Counted from the first letter of the stretch, positions 31,526 through 41,498 are shown. The stretch: 64,000 nucleotides of DNA from an uncultured Candidatus Saccharibacteria bacterium (GCA_964384035.1 CAYLIB010000006.1:13336-77335); one strand, 5' to 3'. Notes: generated by a model not told the origin, from the letters alone. Numbers and translations are program-made.

Positions 31526-32278
31526 TTATTTTGCACTTTTCAATTCAAGCACGGGGTGTATTTCCCAGAGGCCCTGGACCGGACTGTCTTGAAGACTTTG
31601 TCCATTTTCTTTTCCCTTCACACCTCGGCCACCGTCAGACTTGCATAGATCTGCTGAATCTTTGCGTCTATGGTGCGCATCCAAGAAAAGGTAGCCACTA
31701 ATTTCAGCCAGTGGGGGATTCTTAAAAAAGTAACGCTTTGAGACTTGAGTTCTTCTGTCTCCTGTCTCCTTGTTACTAACCCTTCCTCCATCAGCAAGGA
31801 GTAATGCTTCAAAGTTTTGGCGAGCTAAGCAGTAACTTGCTCCGGGTGGAATCTCCACGATAATCTGAGGATTGCTAGTTGACCACTCAGGTCGCTCCGC
31901 GACCTGGATATGGTAATCGTTATCTTCCTCAGATTTAACAAGGAGTATGTGCGCTTTTATTTTCACGAAAAGGTGTTCAGACTCGTGCGCCGCATCTTGG
32001 GGAAATTTATCACGCAGTAAGGATTCATATCTCCTTCCGCATAACATACTAAACCAGTCTGAAACGGTTAGCACATTTCCACCATTAGCTTTTTCATAAG
32101 AAAGCCCAGGAGGACGAAGTTTCACTTCCTCACGGTCCGAACCGTCGTATTTCAGCTCGCAACTTTTGTCGCTAAAGTTGTCTTGGGATTGTGATTGAGT
32201 AGTATTTTGTGTGGCACTTTTGCAAGCGGTATTCAGCAAGCACGGCAAAAGAAAAAGAATCAAGAAATATTTCTTCAT
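31526..32278 (-). CDS. Putative lipoprotein, possible OB-fold domain
   Basis: Lipobox-like LNTA-C; DNDYHI, IIVEIP, WEIHPV motifs; GGAGGG RBS. Confidence 0.65.
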   Translation of the reverse strand: MKKYFLILFLLPCLLNTACKSATQNTTQSQSQDNFSDKSCELKYDGSDREEVKLRPPGLSYEKANGGNVLTVSDWFSMLCGRRYESLLRDKFPQDAAHESEHLFVKIKAHILLVKSEEDNDYHIQVAERPEWSTSNPQIIVEIPPGASYCLARQNFEALLLADGGRVSNKETGDRRTQVSKRYFFKNPPLAEISGYLFLDAHHRRKDSADLCKSDGGRGVKGKENGQSLQDSPVQGLWEIHPVLELKSAK

Positions 32279-32343
32279 GTGATCCCTCCAAAAAGTTTTA
32301 GAAATTTAGCTCACAGTATATCCCAAAAATTCCGCTTAGTCAA

Positions 32344-34980
32344 TCATCTCCGTTTGGAACTGATAGCTTTTCTAATCTCTTCAATCCAAATAATTGAAGA
32401 AGCAATTAGCAATAGAGCCACCCACTCATTAAAACTAATAGGCGTGGTTTTTAAAATTCTATTAAAGAATGGGGTATAAAGTGCTAGTACCTGAAGCCCT
32501 ATTACTATCAAAGTAGCACTAATTAACCACGGATTACTGAAAGGGTTGGCTCTAAAAATAGACGTATTTCTATCTCTGCTAGACCAAGCTCTAAACCATT
32601 GGAATACCGAAAGGAGAGTAAGGGTTATGCTATATGCATGAACCAAATCTGATTTGTAAAAATAATTGAATACTAATACAGAACCTATTGCTATTACACT
32701 CGCATGTAATGCGATTTGTTTAAATTCGCTTCTGCCTATTAATTTTTCTTTATTCCTTGGCTTGCTAAGTAAAAGATTGTCTTCTTTTTTCTCTAGTCCT
32801 AATGCGACTGTCATAAAACCATCCGTTACAAAGTTCAGCCATATTATTTGCACAGGGAGAAGGGGTAAGGGAAGACCCAGAATGAGCGTAAGTGTTATTG
32901 TCAGTGCCTCCCCAGCATTTGTAGAAAACAAATACATCAAGACTTTTTGAATAGTTTTAAATATATTCCTTCCTTCTTCTACTGCAGCGACAATAGAACT
33001 TAGTTTGTCGTCTAAGAGAATCATATCCGAAGCCTCTTTGGCCACCGAGGTGCCGGTAATACCCATTGAAACTCCAAGGTCAGCATCCACCAAAGCTGGA
33101 GCATCGTTAACCCCATCCCCGGTCATCGCGACTATGTCTCCTCTTTTTCTATATAGTTCTATTATCTTAAGTTTATGTTCGGGTGTTATTCTTGCGAAGA
33201 CTTTTATTTTAGAGAGTAAAGAGTGTATTTTACCTGTGGGCAATTCCAAAATTTCATCTCCAGTCATAACCAGATCGTTGTCCTTTAAAATACCAGCCTT
33301 CTTTCCAATGGTTTCTGCTGTTATTTTGTTGTCTCCCGTAATCATTACTACCGAGACCCCAGCTTTCTCTAGCATACTAACCATTTCCGGTACCTCGGTG
33401 TGAAGCGAGTCCGAGAGTCCGTAAACACAACAGAACTCCATTTTAGGCATTTCATTGCTCAGTTGTAACTCACTGTCAGCTTTATAAGCTCCAACAAGCA
33501 CGCGAAGGCCAAGAGTGGAGAACTCTTTTATTTTTCTCAGAATAATTTCTTTTTCCGACGCCTCCAGATCGCAAAGAGGGAGTATCGCTTCACTTGCCCC
33601 TACAGCCAAAATGGATTTACTATTCCCGAGCCTAACCACCACAGCACGAAACCTCTTTTTATAATCAAAAGGTATTTCACTAAGAATTTTGGTGTGGGGG
33701 AGTAGGGTTTGTTTGGTCAGTCCAAGTCTGTTACCAAACACAACCAGTGCTCCTTCCGTAGGGTCTCCGAGTACTTTATAACGCCTTTCTTCCTCTGAAT
33801 AAATTACCGACGCCTTGTTGCAAAGGGCTGCAATAACCGCGCTATTTTGTAGTGCAGGCTCAAAAGTATTTTTAATTTTTTCTCCATCCAGTCTAATCTC
33901 AGCTTCTGGGTTATACCCCTCACCACTCACTGTAAAAATTTTACCTCCACAGAAAATTTTTTCTACTTGAAGTTCATTTCGCGTAAGTGTTCCAGTTTTA
34001 TCACATGCAAGTATATTTGCCTCTCCCAGAGATTCAATCGCTCGAAGTTTCCTAATGAGTGCATTACGTTTGCTCATTCTATAGACTCCAGCAGCAAGTA
34101 CGAGGGTAATAGCAACCGGTAGTCCCTCAGGTATTATGGAAACCGCGAGAGAAACTACTACCTTAAACATAAGAGCAGTTTCCAAGCCCCGTATTTCTCC
34201 AATCACAAATAATAGAACAGAAAATATACCTATAATCCAGAGAAGTTTCTTAGACAAAACTTCTATTTGCTTCTGCAATGGGATCTCGGTCTGGTTTAGG
34301 GGTATAGTCTTTGTAATCTTTCCTATTTCAGTCCTAAGCCCAGTTGCTGTTACTACAGCTGTCGCATAGCCAGAGGTAATATTAGTCCCTCTGAAAACCA
34401 TATTACTTTGTCCAAAAATTGCCGTTTCATCCTTCAATGCTCGGTTATTCTTAAATACCGATATAGATTCACCGGTCAGAGCTGCTTCAGAGACTCCAGC
34501 GTTACCGTCTATTAACCTAGCGTCTGCACTCACTTTATCTCCCTCGCGAAGTATAAGAATATCTCCAGGTACTAGCTCTATATCCTGCACCAATTCTTCA
34601 ACTCCTTCGCGAATTACAGTAGCCTCAGTGGTTACTAATTTCTTTAAGGCTTTTAACGTATTTTGCGCCTTACCTTCTTGAATACTTCCAATCACAGCGT
34701 TCACTAACAAAACCGCTAAGATGGTTAAAGTATCCGTCATTTCTCCAAGAAGCCCAACTATAACACCAGCCGCTAAGAGCATATATATAAAGGGATCCTT
34801 GAACTGACGTAAAAATACAACAAACAAAGACTCATCTTTTTCCTGAGCTAGTTCGTTCAGTCCGAAATGTTTTCTTCTTTTTTCTACTTCAAATTTATCT
34901 AAACCATTTTTGTCGGTTCTCAGTATTTTTAAACTCTCTTCAGTAGATTCCAAAGCAAAATTTTGTTTCTCGTCATTCAT
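32344..34980 (-). CDS. Cation-transporting P-type ATPase (type II, Ca2+-like)
   Basis: LTGES, IPEGL, CDKTGTLT, MITGD, TGDGVNDAPAL. Confidence 0.95.
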   Translation of the reverse strand: MNDEKQNFALESTEESLKILRTDKNGLDKFEVEKRRKHFGLNELAQEKDESLFVVFLRQFKDPFIYMLLAAGVIVGLLGEMTDTLTILAVLLVNAVIGSIQEGKAQNTLKALKKLVTTEATVIREGVEELVQDIELVPGDILILREGDKVSADARLIDGNAGVSEAALTGESISVFKNNRALKDETAIFGQSNMVFRGTNITSGYATAVVTATGLRTEIGKITKTIPLNQTEIPLQKQIEVLSKKLLWIIGIFSVLLFVIGEIRGLETALMFKVVVSLAVSIIPEGLPVAITLVLAAGVYRMSKRNALIRKLRAIESLGEANILACDKTGTLTRNELQVEKIFCGGKIFTVSGEGYNPEAEIRLDGEKIKNTFEPALQNSAVIAALCNKASVIYSEEERRYKVLGDPTEGALVVFGNRLGLTKQTLLPHTKILSEIPFDYKKRFRAVVVRLGNSKSILAVGASEAILPLCDLEASEKEIILRKIKEFSTLGLRVLVGAYKADSELQLSNEMPKMEFCCVYGLSDSLHTEVPEMVSMLEKAGVSVVMITGDNKITAETIGKKAGILKDNDLVMTGDEILELPTGKIHSLLSKIKVFARITPEHKLKIIELYRKRGDIVAMTGDGVNDAPALVDADLGVSMGITGTSVAKEASDMILLDDKLSSIVAAVEEGRNIFKTIQKVLMYLFSTNAGEALTITLTLILGLPLPLLPVQIIWLNFVTDGFMTVALGLEKKEDNLLLSKPRNKEKLIGRSEFKQIALHASVIAIGSVLVFNYFYKSDLVHAYSITLTLLSVFQWFRAWSSRDRNTSIFRANPFSNPWLISATLIVIGLQVLALYTPFFNRILKTTPISFNEWVALLLIASSIIWIEEIRKAISSKRR

Positions 34981-35091
34981 ATTAGGGTACTACCATTGTA
35001 TCAATAAAGTAATCAGCGGGGTATTGAAATATTTTGTTAAAAATGTTAATGTGCGCTTTAAATTTCTGAAAATTTTATAGAGGAGGTGTCT

Positions 35092-35346
35092 ATGAAAGAA
35101 ATAGTAATATGTTCAGCCGTAAAGTTATCAGACCAGAGAATCATTCACTGTCATAGGCATTCAGACGGAATCCTCGTTGCGAACCAAGTACATAAACAGA
35201 AAGTCATCGAACAGGGTTTTGTGACTTCTACTGGGCGCTACGTAGATCGTACTGAGGCTTTTCTCATTCAAGAATCGGCTGGTATCCCATCAAAAAGCAA
35301 AGACGGCTATCGTGGCCGTCTGCTCTTTAGCGAAGATCTCTATTAG
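35092..35346 (+). CDS. Small protein resembling a phage-type family
   Basis: AGGAGG RBS; ICSAV..HRH..EQGFVTSTGRYVDRTEA..LFSEDLY. Confidence 0.65.
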   Translation: MKEIVICSAVKLSDQRIIHCHRHSDGILVANQVHKQKVIEQGFVTSTGRYVDRTEAFLIQESAGIPSKSKDGYRGRLLFSEDLY

Positions 35347-35358
35347 TTATCTCTCCAC

Positions 35359-35778
35359 CTAGTGGAGTTTTTTATTATTATAAGAAAGTAGTATTTCTAA
35401 TGCTTTCCTTCCTATTCTAGGTAATGTCTCTATTTCACTAGCTTTAACAATCACCACACCCTTACCTTCATGTAATTTACCTAAATCTATTTCTAGCCCT
35501 TCATAAGAGAAAACTGAAACATCTCTCGCTATTTCACTTCTCTCATCGTTCGATACAAAACTTTCAAAATACTCTAGCTTACTTGGCTCAATTTGAGCAT
35601 CTAATTCTTCCATAAGTTCCCGAGCGATCGCCTGTTCAGCTGTTTCTCCTTCCTCAATTGTCCCGCCAAACAAAGCTATCTCATCAGGATCTATTATATC
35701 TGGTTTATCGTCCCGATCTTGTAGAATAAAATTTCCATCTATATCGGTTAGTATTGCGATTACACTTTTATTTTTCAT
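35359..35778 (-). CDS. NUDIX hydrolase
   Basis: GGTIEEGETAEQAIARELMEEL Nudix box. Confidence 0.92.
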   Translation of the reverse strand: MKNKSVIAILTDIDGNFILQDRDDKPDIIDPDEIALFGGTIEEGETAEQAIARELMEELDAQIEPSKLEYFESFVSNDERSEIARDVSVFSYEGLEIDLGKLHEGKGVVIVKASEIETLPRIGRKALEILLSYNNKKLH

Positions 35779-38515
35779 TTTGTATTGTTTTAGGCCATTC
35801 TTGTACCATTATTAATTCGCTCCTTACTAGTCCTCGCTCAAATAGTAACCCCCAAATATACTCGGTTACAAATGGCATGAAAGGGTGAAGTATTTTTAAG
35901 ATATGTATTAACACATGAAGTAAAATCCTCTTTGTATTGTTAGCTAATTCTGGATTTTGCATTTGCACTTTACTTGTCTCTATATAAATATCTGCAAATT
36001 CATGCCAGGTGAATTGGTATATTTCCTGTGCCGCTTCGTGTAGCCTAAAACCTTCTAGGTGAGAAGTAACTGCAGTAATAGTCATATCTAGTTTTCGAAG
36101 TATCTCTGTATCCGCCTCAGTTTTTACCTCCCACTTCCAATCACTCTCCTCTACATTCTGCATAATGAACCTGGAAATATTCCAAAGTTTGTTTCCAAAA
36201 TGCTTCATACCTTTTATTTTATCCTCGGCGAGAGGTATATCTGTTCCAGCAGACGTGGAAAATACTAAAGCAAAACGTAGTGCGTCAGTTCCATAGGTGT
36301 CTATAACACCAAGTGGATCAATAATGTTTCCTTTGCTCTTGCTCATTTTCTGTCTATCCTTGTCTCTTACAAGACCATGTAAATATACTGTTCGGAAAGG
36401 AACTTCACCTACGTGATAAGTCGACATAAGGATCATACGTGCAACCCAGAAGAACAGAATATCGTAACCAGTTTCCAGTACATCTGTAGGGTGAAAAGTT
36501 TCTAGATCAAAAGTTTCATTAGGCCAGCCAAGAGTTGAGAACGTCCAAAGGCCTGAACTAAACCAAGTGTCTAAAGTATCAGGATCGCGGATCAAGTTTT
36601 CACCCGTAGGCTCTTTCAGTAAAAAATAAGATACAACAGAACCATTTGGTCTAATTCCTACGCGCTCTCTTGCCGCTACAAATTCATCTTTCTTTTTACC
36701 CTCTAGAACCGCTTGTATGACTATATTTGTAATGTTGTGGCCAGCAATAAGAATAGGGCCTTCCGTCTCTTGTTTTAAGGTTTCTATAAATTTTAAAACT
36801 CTAACTTCTAAGGATTCTAATTTCTCACCAGTTCCTCTCTTTATTGCTTCAGCAAAAGGGTTGGGGCACTCCTCGAGGCTTAAATTTCCTACATCACCTT
36901 TATCAAACTCCCTCATATCATCGTTAAAGACTATATCATTTTCATTAAGTCCTATAATTTCGGCAACAATCTTAGCAGTTTGAGTAGATCGAATTAAGCT
37001 AGATGCATAAATTTTCTTAATACCTCTACCCTTTAATTTCTCTCCTAATTCTCTCGCCTGATCCTCACCCTTTTTGGTTAGGGGAGTGTCCCCGGAGGCA
37101 ATTCCAGAAGCATTGCTCTCACTCTCTCCGTGTCTAGCAAAAATAATCTCCACCTCTTTTGGTAAATGAATATTTTTTTGCTCGTCATACCAAGCAGGAA
37201 TTTGGTGTCCAAATAATATTTGTCTAGAAATACACCAATCCCTAAGGTTATCTATCCAGTGGAAATATATTTTCTTAAAGTGATCAGGAATTATTTCAAT
37301 CTGCCCACTCTCCACCACATGTCTCATGCAGTGTTTAAGGCTAACTAATTCTCCATCTTTTATTCCTGGTATCCCGTCTCCTTTAAATCGAAATGGCTTA
37401 TTCACATCTATAAACCACTGCTCACGAATTTGAGGTTCTATTATTCCACCTCCACGAGAATTAGTAGCAATTCTGTGGTTATAATTCTCGTCTATTTTTT
37501 CTACTAAACCTTTAGCTTGTAGCTTTTCTATAAGCATTGGTCTAGCTTTCTTAATGTGTTGGCCCGCAAGTTCTCCTGCTATTGGGAGTAATATACCTTT
37601 AAGATCGATAATCTGCTCTATATCCAAACCGTGTCTCTGGGCAATTTCATAGTCCACCGCGTCATGCGCTGGGGTAATGGTCATTACACCCGTACCAAAT
37701 TCAGGGTCTGCAGCTGTATCTTTAATAATCGTTGCGGTAACTTTGCCATTTATCCATTCAACTTCTATTTGTTGTCCATGTTTGTATTCAGCGTAACGAG
37801 CATCTTCAGGATGCATTACTACATACTTATCTCCAAACTTAGTTTCGGGTCTGGCTGTACCAATGGTAAATGGTCCATACTTTAAATAGTAAAAACTAGT
37901 TGTTTCTTCTTTCCATTCTATTTCATCGTCGCTCACATTTGTTTGTAGTTTCGGGTCCCAGTTTACAAGTCGGTTACCACGGTAAATAAGACCATCCTCA
38001 TACATTCTCTTAAAAGCAGTATTTACCGCTGATACTTTCTGTTCGTCAAGGGTATAAGAAAGCCTACTCCAATCTGTAGAAGCACCCATTCTTTTTATTT
38101 GTGACAAAATAGTACCCTGCGAAGATAGGGCATAGTCATTCACCAATTTCACAAACTCTTCTCTAGAAAAGTCGTGTCGTGTTTTGCCTTCTTTTTTATA
38201 CAAATCAGTTTCTACTTTTGCTTGAGTAGCTATCGCCGCTGAATCTGTGCCAGGTACCCATAAGGTCTTGTAACCTTGCATTCTCCTGAAACGGATTAGT
38301 ATATCCTGAATTGTTAAAAACAATGCATGTCCAATATGCAAAACACCAGTCACATTTGGTGGAGGCATGGTAATGGTATAAGTAGGCGCATTATCAGGCT
38401 TGCCCTCCATAGCTTCAGCGGAGGAGGGATTAAAATACCCTGAGTCTTCCCATTTTTTATAAATATCTGCCTCTGCAGAAGAGGCATCGTATGCTTTCGG
38501 TAATTCTTGGTTCAT
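35768..38515 (-). CDS. valS: Valine--tRNA ligase with inserted histidine-phosphatase domain
   Basis: PPPNVTGVLHIGHA, DWCISRQ, DTWFSSGLW, KMSKSKGN; RHGE domain inserted internally. Confidence 0.96.
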   Translation of the reverse strand: MNQELPKAYDASSAEADIYKKWEDSGYFNPSSAEAMEGKPDNAPTYTITMPPPNVTGVLHIGHALFLTIQDILIRFRRMQGYKTLWVPGTDSAAIATQAKVETDLYKKEGKTRHDFSREEFVKLVNDYALSSQGTILSQIKRMGASTDWSRLSYTLDEQKVSAVNTAFKRMYEDGLIYRGNRLVNWDPKLQTNVSDDEIEWKEETTSFYYLKYGPFTIGTARPETKFGDKYVVMHPEDARYAEYKHGQQIEVEWINGKVTATIIKDTAADPEFGTGVMTITPAHDAVDYEIAQRHGLDIEQIIDLKGILLPIAGELAGQHIKKARPMLIEKLQAKGLVEKIDENYNHRIATNSRGGGIIEPQIREQWFIDVNKPFRFKGDGIPGIKDGELVSLKHCMRHVVESGQIEIIPDHFKKIYFHWIDNLRDWCISRQILFGHQIPAWYDEQKNIHLPKEVEIIFARHGESESNASGIASGDTPLTKKGEDQARELGEKLKGRGIKKIYASSLIRSTQTAKIVAEIIGLNENDIVFNDDMREFDKGDVGNLSLEECPNPFAEAIKRGTGEKLESLEVRVLKFIETLKQETEGPILIAGHNITNIVIQAVLEGKKKDEFVAARERVGIRPNGSVVSYFLLKEPTGENLIRDPDTLDTWFSSGLWTFSTLGWPNETFDLETFHPTDVLETGYDILFFWVARMILMSTYHVGEVPFRTVYLHGLVRDKDRQKMSKSKGNIIDPLGVIDTYGTDALRFALVFSTSAGTDIPLAEDKIKGMKHFGNKLWNISRFIMQNVEESDWKWEVKTEADTEILRKLDMTITAVTSHLEGFRLHEAAQEIYQFTWHEFADIYIETSKVQMQNPELANNTKRILLHVLIHILKILHPFMPFVTEYIWGLLFERGLVRSELIMVQEWPKTIQNEK

Positions 38516-38521
38516 AATTTT

Positions 38522-39031
38522 TTACTTGGAGTCTATAAAATTTAATTTATTGGAATTTTTAAAGGATATGTAAATACCCGTTATTGCAGTAAATAGACCT
38601 AACAACCAGATAATATTACTAATCTCTTTTGCATGAGATAGTTGTCCTAGCATGAACAATAAATTATTCCAGTCATGACTATCAGTGTCGCCAGTAATTA
38701 AAGGCAATTGCATTCTTAGTGCGTCTCTAGCATAAACCGAAACATTAAAAAGATTTATACTTAACCAACATAAAGTAATTCCTGCAGAAAATTTTTGTTC
38801 CTTAAACCAAAAATAAAAAACAAAAATTAGCGGTAGTAAAACTTGTAGCAAACTTCCACCGAGAATAGTTAAAAAGTTGCCAAAAGGGGAGAAGATCACA
38901 TGACCAGCCTCGTGTACTATTAAATTTACCGAATCTATAAAATGCCAATCCGCACTAGAAAATGCGTAAAAGAATATATAAAGACCCATTACCGAAGCTG
39001 TTATGTATTTAGCTAATATTTTCTTGTCCAT
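38522..39031 (-). CDS. Membrane protein with HExxH motif (M50B-like)
   Basis: VHEAGH, HDWN, several TM segments; start at ATG 39031 because the upstream extension is the T-box. Confidence 0.75.
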   Translation of the reverse strand: MDKKILAKYITASVMGLYIFFYAFSSADWHFIDSVNLIVHEAGHVIFSPFGNFLTILGGSLLQVLLPLIFVFYFWFKEQKFSAGITLCWLSINLFNVSVYARDALRMQLPLITGDTDSHDWNNLLFMLGQLSHAKEISNIIWLLGLFTAITGIYISFKNSNKLNFIDSK

Positions 39032-39033
39032 AA

Positions 39034-39206
39034 AATAAAACACCCCAAATGGGTGTCTACGTGCCATCTCTGGCGGTACCAACGTAAAATTACTTAATTG
39101 TGTGTTGTTACGGACACACCGTCGGGTTCTATAGGTCTATAGACTTTCTTCCCGAAGCCTGGCTATTATATAGTCATTCGTAGTGACAGCTACGACTAGC
39201 TCTTAA
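39034..39206 (-). promoter_or_regulatory. T-box riboswitch (Val)
   Basis: Antiterminator ACGU-UGGUACC-GCC...GGC-ACGU; terminator/sequestrator gacaccc/gggtgtt; short stem I with GUC in the apical loop; upstream of valS. Confidence 0.8.
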
Positions 39207-39260
39207 GCGCATAATAGCCTATGTACTAGGCTAAAGTCAAAGTAAAAATCGGGGGTTTAT

Positions 39261-39749
39261 ATGAATAACAGTTCTTTACCATTGGATGAGTTGAAGAAGA
39301 AGGGTAGGGATATTACTTCCCTTAAGTTAAATTGTATAGTTTCTCTTTTGGGATGTATTACTTCTGTATTTGTTTTTTTAAATACTTTAATAATATTTCC
39401 TATCGGAGATTCTGGTAAGCTGGAAATTTTCCCTCTTCTGAGCCTGCTTATAGGCACTGGGGGATTCAGTATGAGTATGATCGCAAGTGTTATCTGGTAC
39501 TCAGCCTTTGTGTCGCTCATCGAGAAAAACCCTGACTGGAGGCATCTCCTCAAGTATGGCAAAAGTGATCTTGGTATCATAGGAGCAATAGGTGTAGTAG
39601 TGGTAATTTTTGGTTTGCTTATTTCTTGGTTTATACCTTCGATCGGACTCACACTATTACTTCTTAGTACTGCCTTGGTAGTCTTTTTGGTTGGTTACCT
39701 GATTTATCTGCTAAACACCGAGTTAGAACGAAGAAAAATCCATGCCTAA
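39261..39749 (+). CDS. Hypothetical 4-TM membrane protein
   Basis: 162 aa, four hydrophobic segments, terminator after stop. Confidence 0.65.
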   Translation: MNNSSLPLDELKKKGRDITSLKLNCIVSLLGCITSVFVFLNTLIIFPIGDSGKLEIFPLLSLLIGTGGFSMSMIASVIWYSAFVSLIEKNPDWRHLLKYGKSDLGIIGAIGVVVVIFGLLISWFIPSIGLTLLLLSTALVVFLVGYLIYLLNTELERRKIHA

Positions 39750-39829
39750 AATATCTGGGCATTTTTTTGTAACATTTTTATCCTAATTTGCGTTATATTA
39801 TATTCAAGACTATTAAACAACGGTGCTTT

Positions 39830-40945
39830 ATGAAAAAAATTCTAGTTTATTTAGTATTTTGTGCATTTCTAATTACTAGCTTCCCTGGATTGGGCAAAGC
39901 AATCGTGATTCAGCTTCCAAAAGCAAAAATTACGGCACCTTCCACAGGGGAGGTTTGGTATACAGGGCAAGTATATAAAATAGTTTGGGATGCTGGCTCC
40001 ACTTACAATTCGACGAGCGTGAGTATATCCCTAAACAATGCTAGTTGTTTAAACTCTTACTGTATCGCCCTTGCTCCCTATCAAATTGCAACTGAAGCAA
40101 AGAATACAGGAGTCTATGAGTGGAAGATTCCTACTGATATAGGCTCATACTTCAAAGGTAAGCAGTATATTAGCGTTTCACCGAATTATTCCGAGACTAT
40201 TAATAGTGGAATATTCACAATCAGTGATTCGGATACCAAACCCCCCGTACTAGAGTTTGGGATTTCAACAAAGAGTGATTTAAAAGGTGAAGTGGGAAAA
40301 TATTTTTCTGCCTCCTTCTTAGGAAGCGGTGGGTCACTCCCATATACTTGGTCACTTTCAGGTAGTATTCCCGAAGGTTTTCAGTTAATGGTGCCCCCAG
40401 CACCCCTTTATTGTCCTTTGCCAGATTGTAAAATAAGTGACCCCGCAGATATTCTACTTGTCGGCATACCTAAAGTTGCAGGTAATTTTAAAATAAAATT
40501 AACCCTCAAAGATGCAAATGGTAGGTCTATTACCTCGGAATATAATTTGGTAGTGTCTGAGAAACAAAATGGACAAGATAATAACAGTATTGAGTCAACT
40601 ACTCGTCCCGCATTGCCAACTAGAGTAATTAAGATCGACGGAGACCCCACGGTTTATTTGGTGACCCCAAGAGGAAAGCTGGTACCACTTCCTTCGGTCG
40701 CAGCTCTTAATTCAAATGGGTTTAAATTTTCAGATATAAAAGTTATAGAATCACAGAATCTAAACCGTTCTAGTACCCTCTATATAAGACTTAACGGAAA
40801 TGGGCGTATTTACAAACTCGAAAATGGAAAACGTCGTCCAATTACTTCACCCGCATGGACCAATTTAGGAGCTCCCGCAGAAGACATTGTTGACCTAAAT
40901 ACCACAACCTTCTACTCCTTCAAGCTCGGCGCGACAATTTACTAG
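39830..40945 (+). CDS. Secreted Ig-like/beta-sandwich surface protein
   Basis: Signal peptide MKKILV...GKA; PSTGEVWYTG..IVWD..NTGVYEW; GGSLPYTWSLSG Ig-like repeat; C-terminal KIDGDPTVYL/RLNGNGRIYKL repeats. Confidence 0.75.
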   Translation: MKKILVYLVFCAFLITSFPGLGKAIVIQLPKAKITAPSTGEVWYTGQVYKIVWDAGSTYNSTSVSISLNNASCLNSYCIALAPYQIATEAKNTGVYEWKIPTDIGSYFKGKQYISVSPNYSETINSGIFTISDSDTKPPVLEFGISTKSDLKGEVGKYFSASFLGSGGSLPYTWSLSGSIPEGFQLMVPPAPLYCPLPDCKISDPADILLVGIPKVAGNFKIKLTLKDANGRSITSEYNLVVSEKQNGQDNNSIESTTRPALPTRVIKIDGDPTVYLVTPRGKLVPLPSVAALNSNGFKFSDIKVIESQNLNRSSTLYIRLNGNGRIYKLENGKRRPITSPAWTNLGAPAEDIVDLNTTTFYSFKLGATIY

Positions 40946-41006
40946 TTAACATTTCATGGTAATAAACGCTATACTACAGTATGGTGTTTATTATTAATAA
41001 GAAAAT

Positions 41007-41498
41007 ATGACTTCGAAAGAATTTTTCATAAAAATGATGGAAGATGAGCTTCCTCGTTTCGAGCGTTTCGTAAATGCAGTACCTAAAGACAAAATAGACT
41101 ATGTACACCCAGATGATCCTAAAGGTAGTAGTGCCATTAAAGTATTAGCTGGAATGGGAGGGTCAGCCTCTACTTTCGCTGGATTGTTAAAGGAAGGAAC
41201 TGTGGATTTTTCGGCAGTCGACTGGGCAAAGTTCTCTAGTTTCGATTCAGCAAGAGACGCACTAGTCGGTGGATTGAGGGAATCTATAGAGGTCGCAAAA
41301 GAAATATCAGATGATGTGTGGGAATCAAAAGCACAAATGTTGATGGGGGAGAAGGTAGAGTGGGAGACAGAAAAACCAATTATGATGATGGGTCTTTTAA
41401 TGGATCTAGTGCATCACAGAGGCCAGCTCTCAACTTATATTCGACCGATGGGTGGTCAAGTCCCATCAATATACGGACCTAGCGGAGACACTCAATAA
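41007..41498 (+). CDS. DinB family protein
   Basis: VHHRGQLSTYIRPMGGQVPSIYGPS. Confidence 0.9.
   Translation: MTSKEFFIKMMEDELPRFERFVNAVPKDKIDYVHPDDPKGSSAIKVLAGMGGSASTFAGLLKEGTVDFSAVDWAKFSSFDSARDALVGGLRESIEVAKEISDDVWESKAQMLMGEKVEWETEKPIMMMGLLMDLVHHRGQLSTYIRPMGGQVPSIYGPSGDTQ

Noticed and set aside
39257-39652. 131-aa minus-strand ORF
   Set aside because: Antisense to a more plausible 4-TM gene that has its own terminator
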